Positions 28,457 through 37,429 of a stretch of DNA of 64,000 bases are shown here, piece after piece. The stretch is from positions 1-64,000 of IMG/VR virus record IMGVR_UViG_3300010400_000001. One strand, written 5' to 3'. The notes beneath the pieces are model-generated. The model did no database searches, had not been told where the DNA came from, and was given only the letters and a program-made list of their open reading frames with translations. The position numbers and the translations under genes were made by a program. The stretch is from a virus. Numbering within the stretch: position 1 is the first letter of the stretch; each line of letters begins with the position of its first letter.

Positions 28457-28660
28457 ATGATAGTAAATCCACTTTGTTTGGACTGCATCGAGAACACCGG
28501 CGCTCACACGGCAGTCGCCTGTGACCCGTCCGCTCGCTGCGTCGTCTGCGGCAACGACAAGCCCTGTAAGCCCGCTGGACCCAGGGACGTCAATGCAGCG
28601 TTTCGCGTTTATTTCGAGCGCCTCGAGATGGTCAAACATCGGGCTCAGCAAAGGCCCTGA
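28457..28660 (+). CDS. small zinc-finger protein
   Basis: AAGGAG SD; CLDC and CVVC. Confidence 0.55.
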   Translation: MIVNPLCLDCIENTGAHTAVACDPSARCVVCGNDKPCKPAGPRDVNAAFRVYFERLEMVKHRAQQRP

Positions 28661-28672
28661 AGGAGAGAAGCC

Positions 28673-29014
28673 ATGGGAGCACACCTCATCGACGGAGAGT
28701 TCCAGAGCGACAAGTATCCGACCTGCCCCCGCGGGAAGGTTCCCCTCTCCGTGAAAGATCTGACTGCGCAAGATCTCCTCTGGGAGTACGCGCAGCGCCG
28801 GCGCCCGGTCGATCGAGAATTCTCTGACGACCTCGAAGCAGCGCTCAAGCTTGCGGGCTTCATCCCGCCGCACGCCGGGCCGCACTGCACGTGCGGGGCC
28901 AACACAGTCGCCGCGGGTCACGCTGGGATCATGAACCATACGCCGGAGTGCGCATTCAGCCAGCCCTGGATCGCACAGACTGTGGTCAGTCAGGGCATAC
29001 GTTTTACAAAATGA
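28673..29014 (+). CDS. hypothetical phage protein
   Basis: AAGGAG SD; GEFQSDKYP..P.GKVPLS.KD..AQ motif. Confidence 0.7.
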   Translation: MGAHLIDGEFQSDKYPTCPRGKVPLSVKDLTAQDLLWEYAQRRRPVDREFSDDLEAALKLAGFIPPHAGPHCTCGANTVAAGHAGIMNHTPECAFSQPWIAQTVVSQGIRFTK

Positions 29015-29328
29015 CGCGGGTGCGTTCGCTAGCTGAATGGCGACGCGACCTGCCGAATCCGCGCAGGCCCTCTGCCGCAACGGCGCGAGAGCCGTTCTAC
29101 GTCGCGCTTGGCGAGATAGTGAGGGAGATGCGTGCGCGACTCGGAAAAAGCCAAGCCGCCCTTGCTGCCGAGATCGGCGTGGGAACGACGGTGCTCTGTC
29201 GCATCGAGCAGGGAAGCGTTCGCTTTCCGGTGCACCTATTCCCGAACCTAGCGAAAGCGTTGCGGCTCGAGGTGAGAGACCTCTTTCCGCCCGGTTTTCT
29301 CGACGACCCGAAGAGCAAACGGAGGTAG
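29011..29328 (+). CDS. XRE-family HTH regulator
   Basis: LGEIVREMR...GKSQAALAAEIGV....LCRIEQG...LAKAL. Confidence 0.85.
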   Translation: MTRVRSLAEWRRDLPNPRRPSAATAREPFYVALGEIVREMRARLGKSQAALAAEIGVGTTVLCRIEQGSVRFPVHLFPNLAKALRLEVRDLFPPGFLDDPKSKRR

Positions 29329-29338
29329 ACTCCAGGGC

Positions 29339-30319
29339 ATGCGCCGTAACCGCGCTGCCATCGTCGTCCCGGGCTCCGAAGACGCGCTCTACGATCAAGT
29401 GCTCGCGGCCAGGGCGTGGGCCGACTTCGTGGAATCGAACAAGGACAAGTTCGAGCGCACGATGGGCGCCCCGATGGGGCAGCGGCTCGGCTGTGGGCTC
29501 TTCGGCTGCGTGTTCGCGTCGACCTCCCCGTGGGTCGTAAAGCTCACGCGAGACGAGACGGAGGGCGACATCTGGTCTTATATGGCAGAGCTACTCTTGG
29601 ACGAGGAACTCACGGCGCAGCTCAATGCGTTTCTCCGAGTGTACGACGTCGTCAGGATCCGACCGGACGTGCTCTTCGGGGGAACGAAGATGCCCGTCTT
29701 CGGTATCGTCCGAGAAGAAGCGCTCCCGGTCCTCCGGGAGCCCGGGCTCGCGACAGCGGAGACTGTGCGCCGGATTGGACTCTCGAAAGAGATGCTCGCC
29801 GAGGTCGGCATTCGCGAAGAGCCGTCGCTCGAGGCCATCTCCGAGAAACTCGAGCTATTCCCTGAGAATGTGCGCCTTTTGTTTCTCGATCTCTTTCGCA
29901 CGCTCATCGGAGTGAAGCGCTACCGCCAGCATGCCCTCGTCTTTCACGCTTGGCGCGGGAGGCTCACTCACAAGGCATACCAGGGGCTCAGCAAAGAAGA
30001 GGCAGAGGAAGTCGCCGATGAGGCCTTCCGCAACATGCTCGATGCGATCCGCTCGATTCGCTTCACCGACGGAACGCCGAACGTTTTCGGTAACGAGCTC
30101 GGGCAGACGCTCCTTGCGGCAGTGAACTACGGCGACCTGGTCTTCCAAGACCTTCACCTCTTCAATCTCGGATGGCGCATTCACGAGGAGATCGACGGCG
30201 ACGTGCGACCTCTCTCCATGGTGATCCTCGACCCCGGCGCGATGGCGACTCCGTACTCTCCGGAGGTCAGGCAGGTAGACCTCCTAGAAAACATCGGGCG
30301 CCGGATCGGGGCTTGGTAG
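29339..30319 (+). CDS. protein-kinase-like (PKL fold) protein A
   Basis: G-loop LGCGLFGCVF, VVK, catalytic DLHLFN, ILDPG. Confidence 0.75.
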   Translation: MRRNRAAIVVPGSEDALYDQVLAARAWADFVESNKDKFERTMGAPMGQRLGCGLFGCVFASTSPWVVKLTRDETEGDIWSYMAELLLDEELTAQLNAFLRVYDVVRIRPDVLFGGTKMPVFGIVREEALPVLREPGLATAETVRRIGLSKEMLAEVGIREEPSLEAISEKLELFPENVRLLFLDLFRTLIGVKRYRQHALVFHAWRGRLTHKAYQGLSKEEAEEVADEAFRNMLDAIRSIRFTDGTPNVFGNELGQTLLAAVNYGDLVFQDLHLFNLGWRIHEEIDGDVRPLSMVILDPGAMATPYSPEVRQVDLLENIGRRIGAW

Positions 30320-30672
30320 TGGACAGGAAGAAGCTACTCCTCGGAGCAGGCGTGACCGGCGCCGGCGTCGTTGGTCTCCTCCACCTTCTCACAAGGAAGA
30401 CCGAGAACGCGGTTCCGATCTGCGAGCAGCCGCCGCCGTCCCCGCAGCCAGGCGTCCCTGCCGGCTGGTCGATCTACCGAGGGAGCGTCTCTTCTGATGC
30501 GAGCGCTGCCGCGCGCGCCGCGCTTTCTCTTCCCAGGGGCTCGACGACTACGTTCGTCGACTCGGACGGCTCCATGCTCGGCATCGTCGTCATGTGGCAC
30601 TGCCACGACCCGAGTGAAGGCGTGACTCCAGTCGGCTGGCACAAGGGCGCAACGCTCTTTCGCATCGCATGA
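30319..30672 (+). CDS. N-terminally membrane-anchored protein
   Basis: KKLLLGAGVTGAGVVGLL segment; WHCH...WHKG. Confidence 0.55.
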   Translation: MDRKKLLLGAGVTGAGVVGLLHLLTRKTENAVPICEQPPPSPQPGVPAGWSIYRGSVSSDASAAARAALSLPRGSTTTFVDSDGSMLGIVVMWHCHDPSEGVTPVGWHKGATLFRIA

Positions 30673-30896
30673 CGAAGCCGGCGCCGTTCACGCCAGCGCC
30701 CGTGCACGGATGCTTTCGCTGCACCTCTTGCAAAAAGCAGTTCTGGATCGTGCCCGGCTCACACGAACACGCGTTTTGCCCGCACTGCCGCTCGAACTAC
30801 TACGAGTGGCTCGACTACGGGGACTGGGCACTTCCGCCTAGGCCGGAGTCCGGCTATCCTTTGGGGCATGTACGGTCTCGCCGCCGCCCCCGCTGA
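30669..30896 (+). CDS. small zinc-ribbon protein
   Basis: CTSC and CPHC; ATGA overlap. Confidence 0.5.
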   Translation: MTKPAPFTPAPVHGCFRCTSCKKQFWIVPGSHEHAFCPHCRSNYYEWLDYGDWALPPRPESGYPLGHVRSRRRPR

Positions 30897-31164
30897 CGTT
30901 CTCTCCGCTGCCATGGCAGTGCTCCCCGATTGCTACTCGCAGGAGCTCAGTAACTGCCTCGACCACAACAACGTGAACGGGCTACCGAAGGCCGAGTGCG
31001 ACGCTCTCAGCGCTCCCTACGACACGGGGGGCGCCGCAGCGGAGGCCTTCAACAAGGCCGTGAACGCCCTTCCGATCTGTAAGGGTCCGTCGATGGTGCC
31101 GTACGTCGGGGGCGCCTTCCTTGCGGGCGTCGCGCTCTCGGTACTCGTCCTCCGAAAGCGCTAG
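30868..31164 (+). CDS. small protein with C-terminal TM anchor
   Basis: VPYVGGAFLAGVALSVLVLRKR; TATCCT 7 nt before the ATG. Confidence 0.6.
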   Translation: MYGLAAAPADVLSAAMAVLPDCYSQELSNCLDHNNVNGLPKAECDALSAPYDTGGAAAEAFNKAVNALPICKGPSMVPYVGGAFLAGVALSVLVLRKR

Positions 31165-32048
31165 AGCGCTTCTCGCTCGATCGACAGGGTCTCGATCTCC
31201 GCGCCCGCAGTCGGCGTGTGACCCGGATCGAAGATCACGATGTGAGTCCAGCTCTCGTCGGTCTTCGGCACATGCCAGCCGATGTTCATCGCGTGCACGT
31301 CTCGGAGGTAAATCTCGTGCGTCGCCAGCATGTGCAGGCTCTCTCCGAGCGGCGCCCAGTACGCGCCCGAGAATGCGTGCTGCACTACATGCTCGATGCG
31401 CTCTACGGCGTCGTCTTTGCTGTAGACACCCAGCATCGATTCGAGCCCACGAATCCTGTCAGCAGAGTACGTAGTGCGCCGCCTGGCACCGTAGAGATGC
31501 CAGAGCGTGGCAAGGTCCCGGTACCGGACAAGGCCGCCAAGGCCGACATGAAACTCCTCGTTCTTGTAGCTTCCTTTCGGAAGGTAGTAACCCGCCGTCA
31601 GGAACGAGGCAGCAACCGGTCCTGAAAAACCGAGGAGCTCGTTCGTGAACCGGCTAGTCTTCACCATCGAGCCACGGCCCTTCTCGCCGAGTTCCTTCAT
31701 CGTGAACTCTCGGAACACAGGCTCGACGGCTTCGCGCACGATGGCCCAGACTTTCCGCTTCTTTCCGCCGACGACGAGGTCAGGAGTCAGCCGGTGAATG
31801 CTCTTCACCTTGACGAAGCCATCCGCGCCCCAAACTTCGTCCTCCACGAGGCCCGCGATTTTCGACCAGATGGGCCCTTCCGTCGGATCGATCGAGAGCT
31901 TCACGACCCAAGGAGCGGTCGACTCGAACACGCAGCCCCAGTGCCCGCAACCGAGCATCTCACCGAGCGGCATGCCAATCGCCTGCTCGATCGCTTCTCG
32001 CTTTCCGAGGAGCGAGTCGACCCATGCTTTCTTTCGGTTCGGCGTCAC
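31161..32048 (-). CDS. protein-kinase-like (PKL fold) protein B
   Basis: LGCGHWGCVF, VVK, DVHAMN, IFDPG; paralog of 29339..30319. Confidence 0.75.
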   Translation of the reverse strand: MTPNRKKAWVDSLLGKREAIEQAIGMPLGEMLGCGHWGCVFESTAPWVVKLSIDPTEGPIWSKIAGLVEDEVWGADGFVKVKSIHRLTPDLVVGGKKRKVWAIVREAVEPVFREFTMKELGEKGRGSMVKTSRFTNELLGFSGPVAASFLTAGYYLPKGSYKNEEFHVGLGGLVRYRDLATLWHLYGARRRTTYSADRIRGLESMLGVYSKDDAVERIEHVVQHAFSGAYWAPLGESLHMLATHEIYLRDVHAMNIGWHVPKTDESWTHIVIFDPGHTPTAGAEIETLSIEREAL

Positions 32049-32215
32049 CGGCGGCGTTTCTTTCGGATCTTCCTCACCGACCGAAAGCTCCCGTCGTCAT
32101 AGTACTCGCGGCAGGCCTTGCGGAGCTGCTCTCCGTTCCTTGCGATAGCGCCAGGATGCCGCCGCTCCTCGTCGATGAGAAGAGCGAGGCGGTTCACTTT
32201 CACGATTTCGAGCAT
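32045..32215 (-). CDS. small basic protein (56 aa, below the ORF-track cutoff)
   Basis: Read directly as MLEIVKV...KKRRR; abuts the SLT stop and has a GTGA overlap with the kinase. Confidence 0.5.
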   Translation of the reverse strand: MLEIVKVNRLALLIDEERRHPGAIARNGEQLRKACREYYDDGSFRSVRKIRKKRRR

Positions 32216-32881
32216 TCAGAAGAGCCTCGCTACTTGCCAGGGGAGCTTAGGCGCCTTCGCGAGCCCTACGATCACCGCCGCTGCGTAGAGCCCGGCAGCG
32301 CCGAGCGTGAGGCCGAGCATGAGGTGCGGACGACGAAGACTCAAGTACATGACGGCGGCGTTGTTCCACCGAATGACGTTCCCCGCGTAGTCGTCGGCCA
32401 TCGCGAGGTTCCATTGGTTTTTGCCTGGACTGCAGACGCTGCCGCTGTTGTAGGCCGCGGCCATCTCGGGAAGCTCACCGCCGCGGCGGTCCCGTAGCTC
32501 GGCGAGGAGGGCGACGCCGACGTCGATGTTCGAAGCCGGATCGAACATGGCGTCCGGATCGGCTCCGAAGAGCCGCGCCGTGGCCGGCATGATCTGCATA
32601 AGTCCCCGCGCACCCGCGTACGATACCTTCGACGCTTGATCAGCCGGATCGTCCGACCAGAGGCCCGTCTCCTCGGTCATGATGGCGATAATCCACGCGG
32701 GCGGGATGCCGTAGCGCTCGGAAGCGTCGAGGATGAGTCCCGACCAGTTCTTCCACGACCGCTCCATTTCGATGAAGTGAGCGCTCCCTGGTTCGAACGC
32801 GGGCGTGCCCGAGCCTTCGACCTCGATGAGGCCGTCCGGCCTCATGTCCCACCTTTGGCCACCGCAAGCGTTCGTCAGCAT
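32216..32881 (-). CDS. lytic transglycosylase (SLT domain) with C-terminal TM
   Basis: AIMTEET, S.AGARGLMQIMPATA, DP..NI..G, AAYNSG; hydrophobic tail. Confidence 0.9.
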   Translation of the reverse strand: MLTNACGGQRWDMRPDGLIEVEGSGTPAFEPGSAHFIEMERSWKNWSGLILDASERYGIPPAWIIAIMTEETGLWSDDPADQASKVSYAGARGLMQIMPATARLFGADPDAMFDPASNIDVGVALLAELRDRRGGELPEMAAAYNSGSVCSPGKNQWNLAMADDYAGNVIRWNNAAVMYLSLRRPHLMLGLTLGAAGLYAAAVIVGLAKAPKLPWQVARLF

Positions 32882-33117
32882 CAAAAGTACTTTTCGTCGT
32901 CGGGGTCGACGTGATCTTCGCTCACTTCGGCGAGCGCGCGGAGAGCGCCGACCGCCGCGATTACCCCAGCGGCTGCCCTTTGGGCGGCGACTTCTACCCT
33001 TTCGGGTACTTCGTCGCCATCTTTGATCGCTACGCGGAGCTCGTGCACAGCCGCCTCTAGACGCACCATGTCGCGCTTCAGTTGCTTGTCAATGTCCGCG
33101 ATTAACTCTGCAACCAT
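32881..33117 (-). CDS. small coiled-coil protein
   Basis: ATG at 33117 with TAGAAT 7 nt upstream. Confidence 0.55.
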   Translation of the reverse strand: MVAELIADIDKQLKRDMVRLEAAVHELRVAIKDGDEVPERVEVAAQRAAAGVIAAVGALRALAEVSEDHVDPDDEKYF

Positions 33118-33162
33118 CCACCGGATTCTACTCCGAAGGAGGCCTCGTGGTAACATCCCTCC

Positions 33163-33732
33163 GTGGACAGACGCTGGCTCCTTGGAGGGCTCCTCATCAT
33201 CGGAGGCGTGGGACTCGTTGCCGCTGCGACGAGAAGGCCCAAACTATCGGACAAAAGCCGTGTCCTTCTCTTCGGTGACAGCATGGCCGTCGGGCTCGGA
33301 CCCCACATGAAAGAGCTCGCGGAGGAAACCGGGGTCGACGCGTACGAGGGCAAGGGCATCGTCGGAAGCCGCATCGACCAGTGGGCGCGCGATCCGTGGC
33401 TCGACGAGGAACTCGTCGCGTTCGCGCCGACGCTGATTCTCGTGTCACTCGGAACGAACGACGAGGCGCTCGGCGACGGCGCGGCGGACCGGCAGGCGGA
33501 GGCGCTCGAGACGCTTCTCGGAAAACTCCTTCACACGGGCGCCGAGGTCGTCTGGATTGGTCCCCCGGCGCTCCCGTTTCCGCGCCATGGCGTCTCCGAC
33601 ATGATCCGCGAGGAAGCGCCGTTTTATTTTGCGAGCGAAACGCTCGACATTCCGAGATCGCCCGACGGACTTCATCCGAACGCCGTCGGCTACGCTGGCT
33701 GGGCTGGAGCAATCTGGAGGTGGCTTTCCTAA
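33163..33732 (+). CDS. SGNH/GDSL hydrolase with N-terminal TM
   Basis: FGDS, G, LGTND and DGLHP blocks. Confidence 0.9.
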   Translation: MDRRWLLGGLLIIGGVGLVAAATRRPKLSDKSRVLLFGDSMAVGLGPHMKELAEETGVDAYEGKGIVGSRIDQWARDPWLDEELVAFAPTLILVSLGTNDEALGDGAADRQAEALETLLGKLLHTGAEVVWIGPPALPFPRHGVSDMIREEAPFYFASETLDIPRSPDGLHPNAVGYAGWAGAIWRWLS

Positions 33733-34107
33733 ATGGCAAAACCCGGAGAGATGCCTGGATTTTTCGATCGCTACTCGGTGGGGCACGCCGCGCTCGGCAT
33801 GGTGTTCGAAGCCTCCCGCATCCCTGCGCCGATTGCGCTCGGGAGCCACGTCCTCTTCGAGCTCGTCGAAGACGACGCCAAAAAGCTCATAAAGCCACTC
33901 TTCCCCGACACGCGGCCCGAGTCGCTCGAGAACCACACGGGCGACGTCGTCGCCTTCGCCGCCGGCTACTACGCGACGCGCGCCATGCGGGGGCAAGTCG
34001 AGAGCGAGCTCTTGCTCTCGGCCTTCGTGGGGCTCGGCGCGGCCATCTGGATGTGGTCGCTCCTTCGCTCGCCGGGCGGCGCGCCGCGGCCGGCGGCGGA
34101 GCTCTAG
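33733..34107 (+). CDS. small integral membrane protein
   Basis: D.YS.GH...H.LFE..E...ES..N..GD metal-binding-like pattern plus TM segments. Confidence 0.65.
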   Translation: MAKPGEMPGFFDRYSVGHAALGMVFEASRIPAPIALGSHVLFELVEDDAKKLIKPLFPDTRPESLENHTGDVVAFAAGYYATRAMRGQVESELLLSAFVGLGAAIWMWSLLRSPGGAPRPAAEL

Positions 34108-34419
34108 ATGGATTCGAAGACGAAGGACCCCACCGAAGTCGCGCTCGAAGAAGCGATCGAGGTCCTCCTCAAGCTCGAAAAGCTCCTGCAGGCGCTCGAC
34201 CGAGAAAACCTCCGGGCCCTCGTCGAAGCCATCCCTTCGACCGAGCTCGACATGCGCATGGCCCGCCTCCGGCTCCAGCGAGTCCTCGACTCCCGAAGGC
34301 CCTGGGCAGACGAGAAGACCCCCGTAGATCCGATCCTAAAGCGCCGCGAAAGCTCGAATCGCATCCATACGCAGAAGATGCCGTTCCCGATGCCTCCGAA
34401 GGATCCGGAAAAGAAGTAA
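34108..34419 (+). CDS. hypothetical protein
   Basis: Abuts the previous stop; helical sequence. Confidence 0.6.
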   Translation: MDSKTKDPTEVALEEAIEVLLKLEKLLQALDRENLRALVEAIPSTELDMRMARLRLQRVLDSRRPWADEKTPVDPILKRRESSNRIHTQKMPFPMPPKDPEKK

Positions 34420-34425
34420 CCCTAG

Positions 34426-34440
34426 GCTAGCACTGCTAGC
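34426..34440. promoter_or_regulatory. palindromic operator-like site GCTAGCACTGCTAGC
   Basis: 18 nt upstream of the RHH gene; identical to 25824-25838. Confidence 0.65.
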
Positions 34441-34458
34441 TATGGTACGAAAGGCGCT

Positions 34459-34644
34459 GTGCCGAAGGACAAAGAACGCGCCGACAAGAGGCACGTCATC
34501 TACCTCCGCATCCGGTCGGATCTCAGGGACAAGCTCCGTCGCATGGTCTCTGCCGAGCTCATGAACGGTGACGACGAAGCGAGCATGAACTCCGTCGTCA
34601 CCGAACTGATTGAATCGGCGAAAGACCCCGTGCTCGACGGCTAG
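34459..34644 (+). CDS. Arc/RHH-like DNA-binding protein
   Basis: IYLRIRSDLRDKLRRM...SMNSVVTELI. Confidence 0.7.
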   Translation: MPKDKERADKRHVIYLRIRSDLRDKLRRMVSAELMNGDDEASMNSVVTELIESAKDPVLDG

Positions 34645-35495
34645 AGACTGACGCGGAGCGTTGCCGAGCGCACGAAGCCCGCGCCGCCGGCAACGACCTG
34701 AAGCCCGAGCTTCGAAAGCGCCGCATCGAACGGAGTGAGCGGCGCGAAGCCGAGCACGGACACGTTGTCGAATTCTCCGGCAGCCGTATGCGTGACGGCA
34801 TCGGCCAGAACGGTCGCGGCGCCGAGCGGGTCCTGAACGATCGACACCGTGACGTCGTTTGCGCCCGTCTCGTTGACGGTGACGCTCGCTTCCACGTGAG
34901 CAAAGATCGCTCGCTGCCCGGTGTACTGAAGCGTCTGACCCGCATCTGCCAGCGCGAACCCGTTGGCGTTCGCGATTGAATCGAACGTCAGGATCGTCGT
35001 CCCGCCCGCGATGGCCTGATTCACGCTGATGATGCCGCGAGCCCTGGGCTCGGACAGGCCGACACCCTGGGCGTTACTGGAAAACACCGTCATGCCCATG
35101 AACACCTGGCCCTTAGCGCCGCCGGCAAGCTGCTCGTCGACGATGCCGAAGGGGACAGAGGCAAACGGCGCGGGCTCCCCAGCCGCCGTCTTCGCAGCCA
35201 GGAAGGCCTCTGGGCTACCTCCCATGTAGCAGCGCACCTGCGTCGCCTGAAGACCTCCAGCAGTGCCGAAGAGACCACCGAACTCGACGTCGGTGCCGGC
35301 TGCCGTTTCGATGATCACAACGAACGTGTGCCCATCGCCTGCTCCGGCAAGCGTGATCGACGTGATGAACGTCGTCGTTCCGTCGACATTAAGCAGAACC
35401 TCGTTCACCAGATTCTGCAGAGTCTCTGGATCTGCGCCTTCGACGAAGATTGGGTCTAGTGACGCCGTGGACGTAACATTTCCAAATTGTGTCAT
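34641..35495 (-). CDS. putative virion protein: LAGAGDG domain plus beta-rich head, no collagen
   Basis: ADPETL, LAGAGDGHTF, RCYMG, GAKGQVFMG. Confidence 0.75.
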   Translation of the reverse strand: MTQFGNVTSTASLDPIFVEGADPETLQNLVNEVLLNVDGTTTFITSITLAGAGDGHTFVVIIETAAGTDVEFGGLFGTAGGLQATQVRCYMGGSPEAFLAAKTAAGEPAPFASVPFGIVDEQLAGGAKGQVFMGMTVFSSNAQGVGLSEPRARGIISVNQAIAGGTTILTFDSIANANGFALADAGQTLQYTGQRAIFAHVEASVTVNETGANDVTVSIVQDPLGAATVLADAVTHTAAGEFDNVSVLGFAPLTPFDAALSKLGLQVVAGGAGFVRSATLRVSL

Positions 35496-35944
35496 GTTGT
35501 TGGGTCTCCCTGCTCCTTCACTCCTGCAACGAACGCCATAAAGCGTGTTGTCCGTCCGGATCCGGAAACACCCATGGTCATGGAAGAAATCCGCGTCGCT
35601 CCATTCCTCAGCGCAGCAATCGCGGACTCCTGATACTCCGAGAGCGCCTCGGCGTCAGCGCCGAGCCAGAACTTCGCCGTCACGCGCTCGAGTTCTTCTG
35701 CCTCCCATTCTCCCTCTGTGTGATCGCAGAGGAAGAAATGGAACGCAAAGACGTCACCCGAGCTCGAGAGGCCGACGTCGACGACCGAGAGGGGCTTCTT
35801 CCCGAGCTTTTTTCTCTCGGCGTTTTCGCTGATGATCTCCCGCATCTTCTGAAGAAAGTGCTGCTCCATTGCAGGGCCCTCGGTGCCCTGAATGAAGTCG
35901 ACGCGAGCGGTAGCGTCAGACGGGGTGTTGAACTTGAACCTCAA
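35492..35944 (-). CDS. divergent stand-alone LAGAGDG-domain protein
   Basis: LSSSGDVF, KFWLGADAEAL and GSGRTTRFMAFV align with the family. Confidence 0.6.
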   Translation of the reverse strand: MRFKFNTPSDATARVDFIQGTEGPAMEQHFLQKMREIISENAERKKLGKKPLSVVDVGLSSSGDVFAFHFFLCDHTEGEWEAEELERVTAKFWLGADAEALSEYQESAIAALRNGATRISSMTMGVSGSGRTTRFMAFVAGVKEQGDPTT

Positions 35945-35956
35945 ATGCGCTTCTCG

Positions 35957-36496
35957 TTAGCCGGGGTTTTGCGGGGGCGGGATCAGCCCGACGACGCCGC
36001 ACATGAAGCGCGTCCCCTTGGCGGCTCCCGCTACGGCGAGGAACGGAGTGAAGAGCGTTGCGTCTCCGCCCGGAGTGCCCGCCAGCTGATCGAGGAGCGC
36101 AGTGATGGCGACGTTCATCGACGCTTCCACACTCTCCTGATCGCTCGCGAGCGCGAACTTGGCTACAAAGAGCGAGGGATCCAGAAAGACCGCGGTGGGA
36201 TTTAGCGGCAGCGAGGCTGACTCACCCAAAAGGACGTTCTGCACGCCGGCCAGCGCCACGCGCGTGAACGTCACCGTGAAGATGAACGTATGGCCGTCGC
36301 CGGCGCCCGCGAGGTTTGCGTCGACGGGCGTGAATTTGTTTTGCGGATCTTCGATCGTGTCGTTCAGGGCGACGATCTCCGCCAGGTGAAGCGCCACCAC
36401 GCGCGCCATCTCTTCCGGATCGGCTGCCTGCGCATGCCGAACGATGTAGTTACTGACGCCGCTTGTGCGCGAAAGAACCGCGATCGTAAGTGCCAT
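35957..36496 (-). CDS. stand-alone LAGAGDG-domain protein
   Basis: ADPEEM, LAGAGDGHTF, GAAKGTRFM; ATG at 36496 after AAGGGA. Confidence 0.75.
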   Translation of the reverse strand: MALTIAVLSRTSGVSNYIVRHAQAADPEEMARVVALHLAEIVALNDTIEDPQNKFTPVDANLAGAGDGHTFIFTVTFTRVALAGVQNVLLGESASLPLNPTAVFLDPSLFVAKFALASDQESVEASMNVAITALLDQLAGTPGGDATLFTPFLAVAGAAKGTRFMCGVVGLIPPPQNPG

Positions 36497-36546
36497 GGGA
36501 TTTTCCCTTTTGTGAGGCCACGGTCCGGCTTTGGCGCGGACCTCGG

Positions 36547-37050
36547 CTAAAAGAGAGCGTATCCGGTTCGCAGGCGTCGCGCTAGGTAGAAGCCGCCGCC
36601 AGCCAAAAACGCCCCTAGTGCGAGCTGCACTCCCGGTCGGGAGAGGAGCGGCCTGTCGTCCGCCCACGGCGCGCCGGGGACCGGGCACTCGGTCGTCGTC
36701 GGGCACACATCGCTAATTTTCACGCCCGGGTGCCACTCGAAGTGCCCTAAGTCGCCGAAGGAAAAGTCGCCGCCCCAAACGCCGCCCATCCGTTTCCATT
36801 CATGGCCGAGAAGGGCGTACTCGCTCTCGGTCCCGTCAATCTCCAGGTCAGCAGCACGTCCCCACACGTGCCACGATTGGCAGCCCCGCGCCTGAGTGAC
36901 GACGCCGGCGCCGCCTTCGTAGATAGCATTCTGCTCGGCGCAGGTCCTCCGAGTCGAGACGACGCGTGCCAGGATGCCGTTCTTCTCCGCAAAACGGAGA
37001 AGCTGCCCGAGCTTCTGCTCCATCCATGGCGTGAGCTCGTCGGAGGACAA
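36547..37050 (-). CDS. M15 family (L-Ala-D-Glu-type) peptidase with C-terminal TM
   Basis: R...EQ..IY, SWHVWGRAAD, WGGDF, DLGHFE. Confidence 0.85.
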   Translation of the reverse strand: MSSDELTPWMEQKLGQLLRFAEKNGILARVVSTRRTCAEQNAIYEGGAGVVTQARGCQSWHVWGRAADLEIDGTESEYALLGHEWKRMGGVWGGDFSFGDLGHFEWHPGVKISDVCPTTTECPVPGAPWADDRPLLSRPGVQLALGAFLAGGGFYLARRLRTGYALF

Positions 37051-37410
37051 TTACTCCCCGCTCGAGATCACTGTCGGGTTCGGATCGAGCGCGACCGGAT
37101 TCGGTGCGAGGTCGGGCTTCTTCCGCGCGCGCCCGCGGTAGACTTCTGCCGTCACGTTCTCTCCGGTCCGTGCCTCGTACTGGGCGATGACCCGAAAGCC
37201 CTGACGGCTCTTCGGGTTCGTAGTGACTGCTCGGTCGTGCTTGCCCTGGGTTGCGCCGATGCGAGCCAGATCCTTTGCGGCAGAAAGCACGAGCGGATTG
37301 CGATTCACGTGACGGACAGGATGCTTTCTGTCGCGCACCCCCATTTCCCACACGTGATAACGAGCACTGCGGATCACTTGTTTTATTTTTTTCGGCGTCA
37401 GAAGAGCCAT
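37051..37410 (-). CDS. basic hypothetical protein with four NP motifs
   Basis: AAGGAG SD; NRNP, TTNP, APNP, DPNP. Confidence 0.65.
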   Translation of the reverse strand: MALLTPKKIKQVIRSARYHVWEMGVRDRKHPVRHVNRNPLVLSAAKDLARIGATQGKHDRAVTTNPKSRQGFRVIAQYEARTGENVTAEVYRGRARKKPDLAPNPVALDPNPTVISSGE

Positions 37411-37429
37411 TACAGATCTCCTTTGATCA

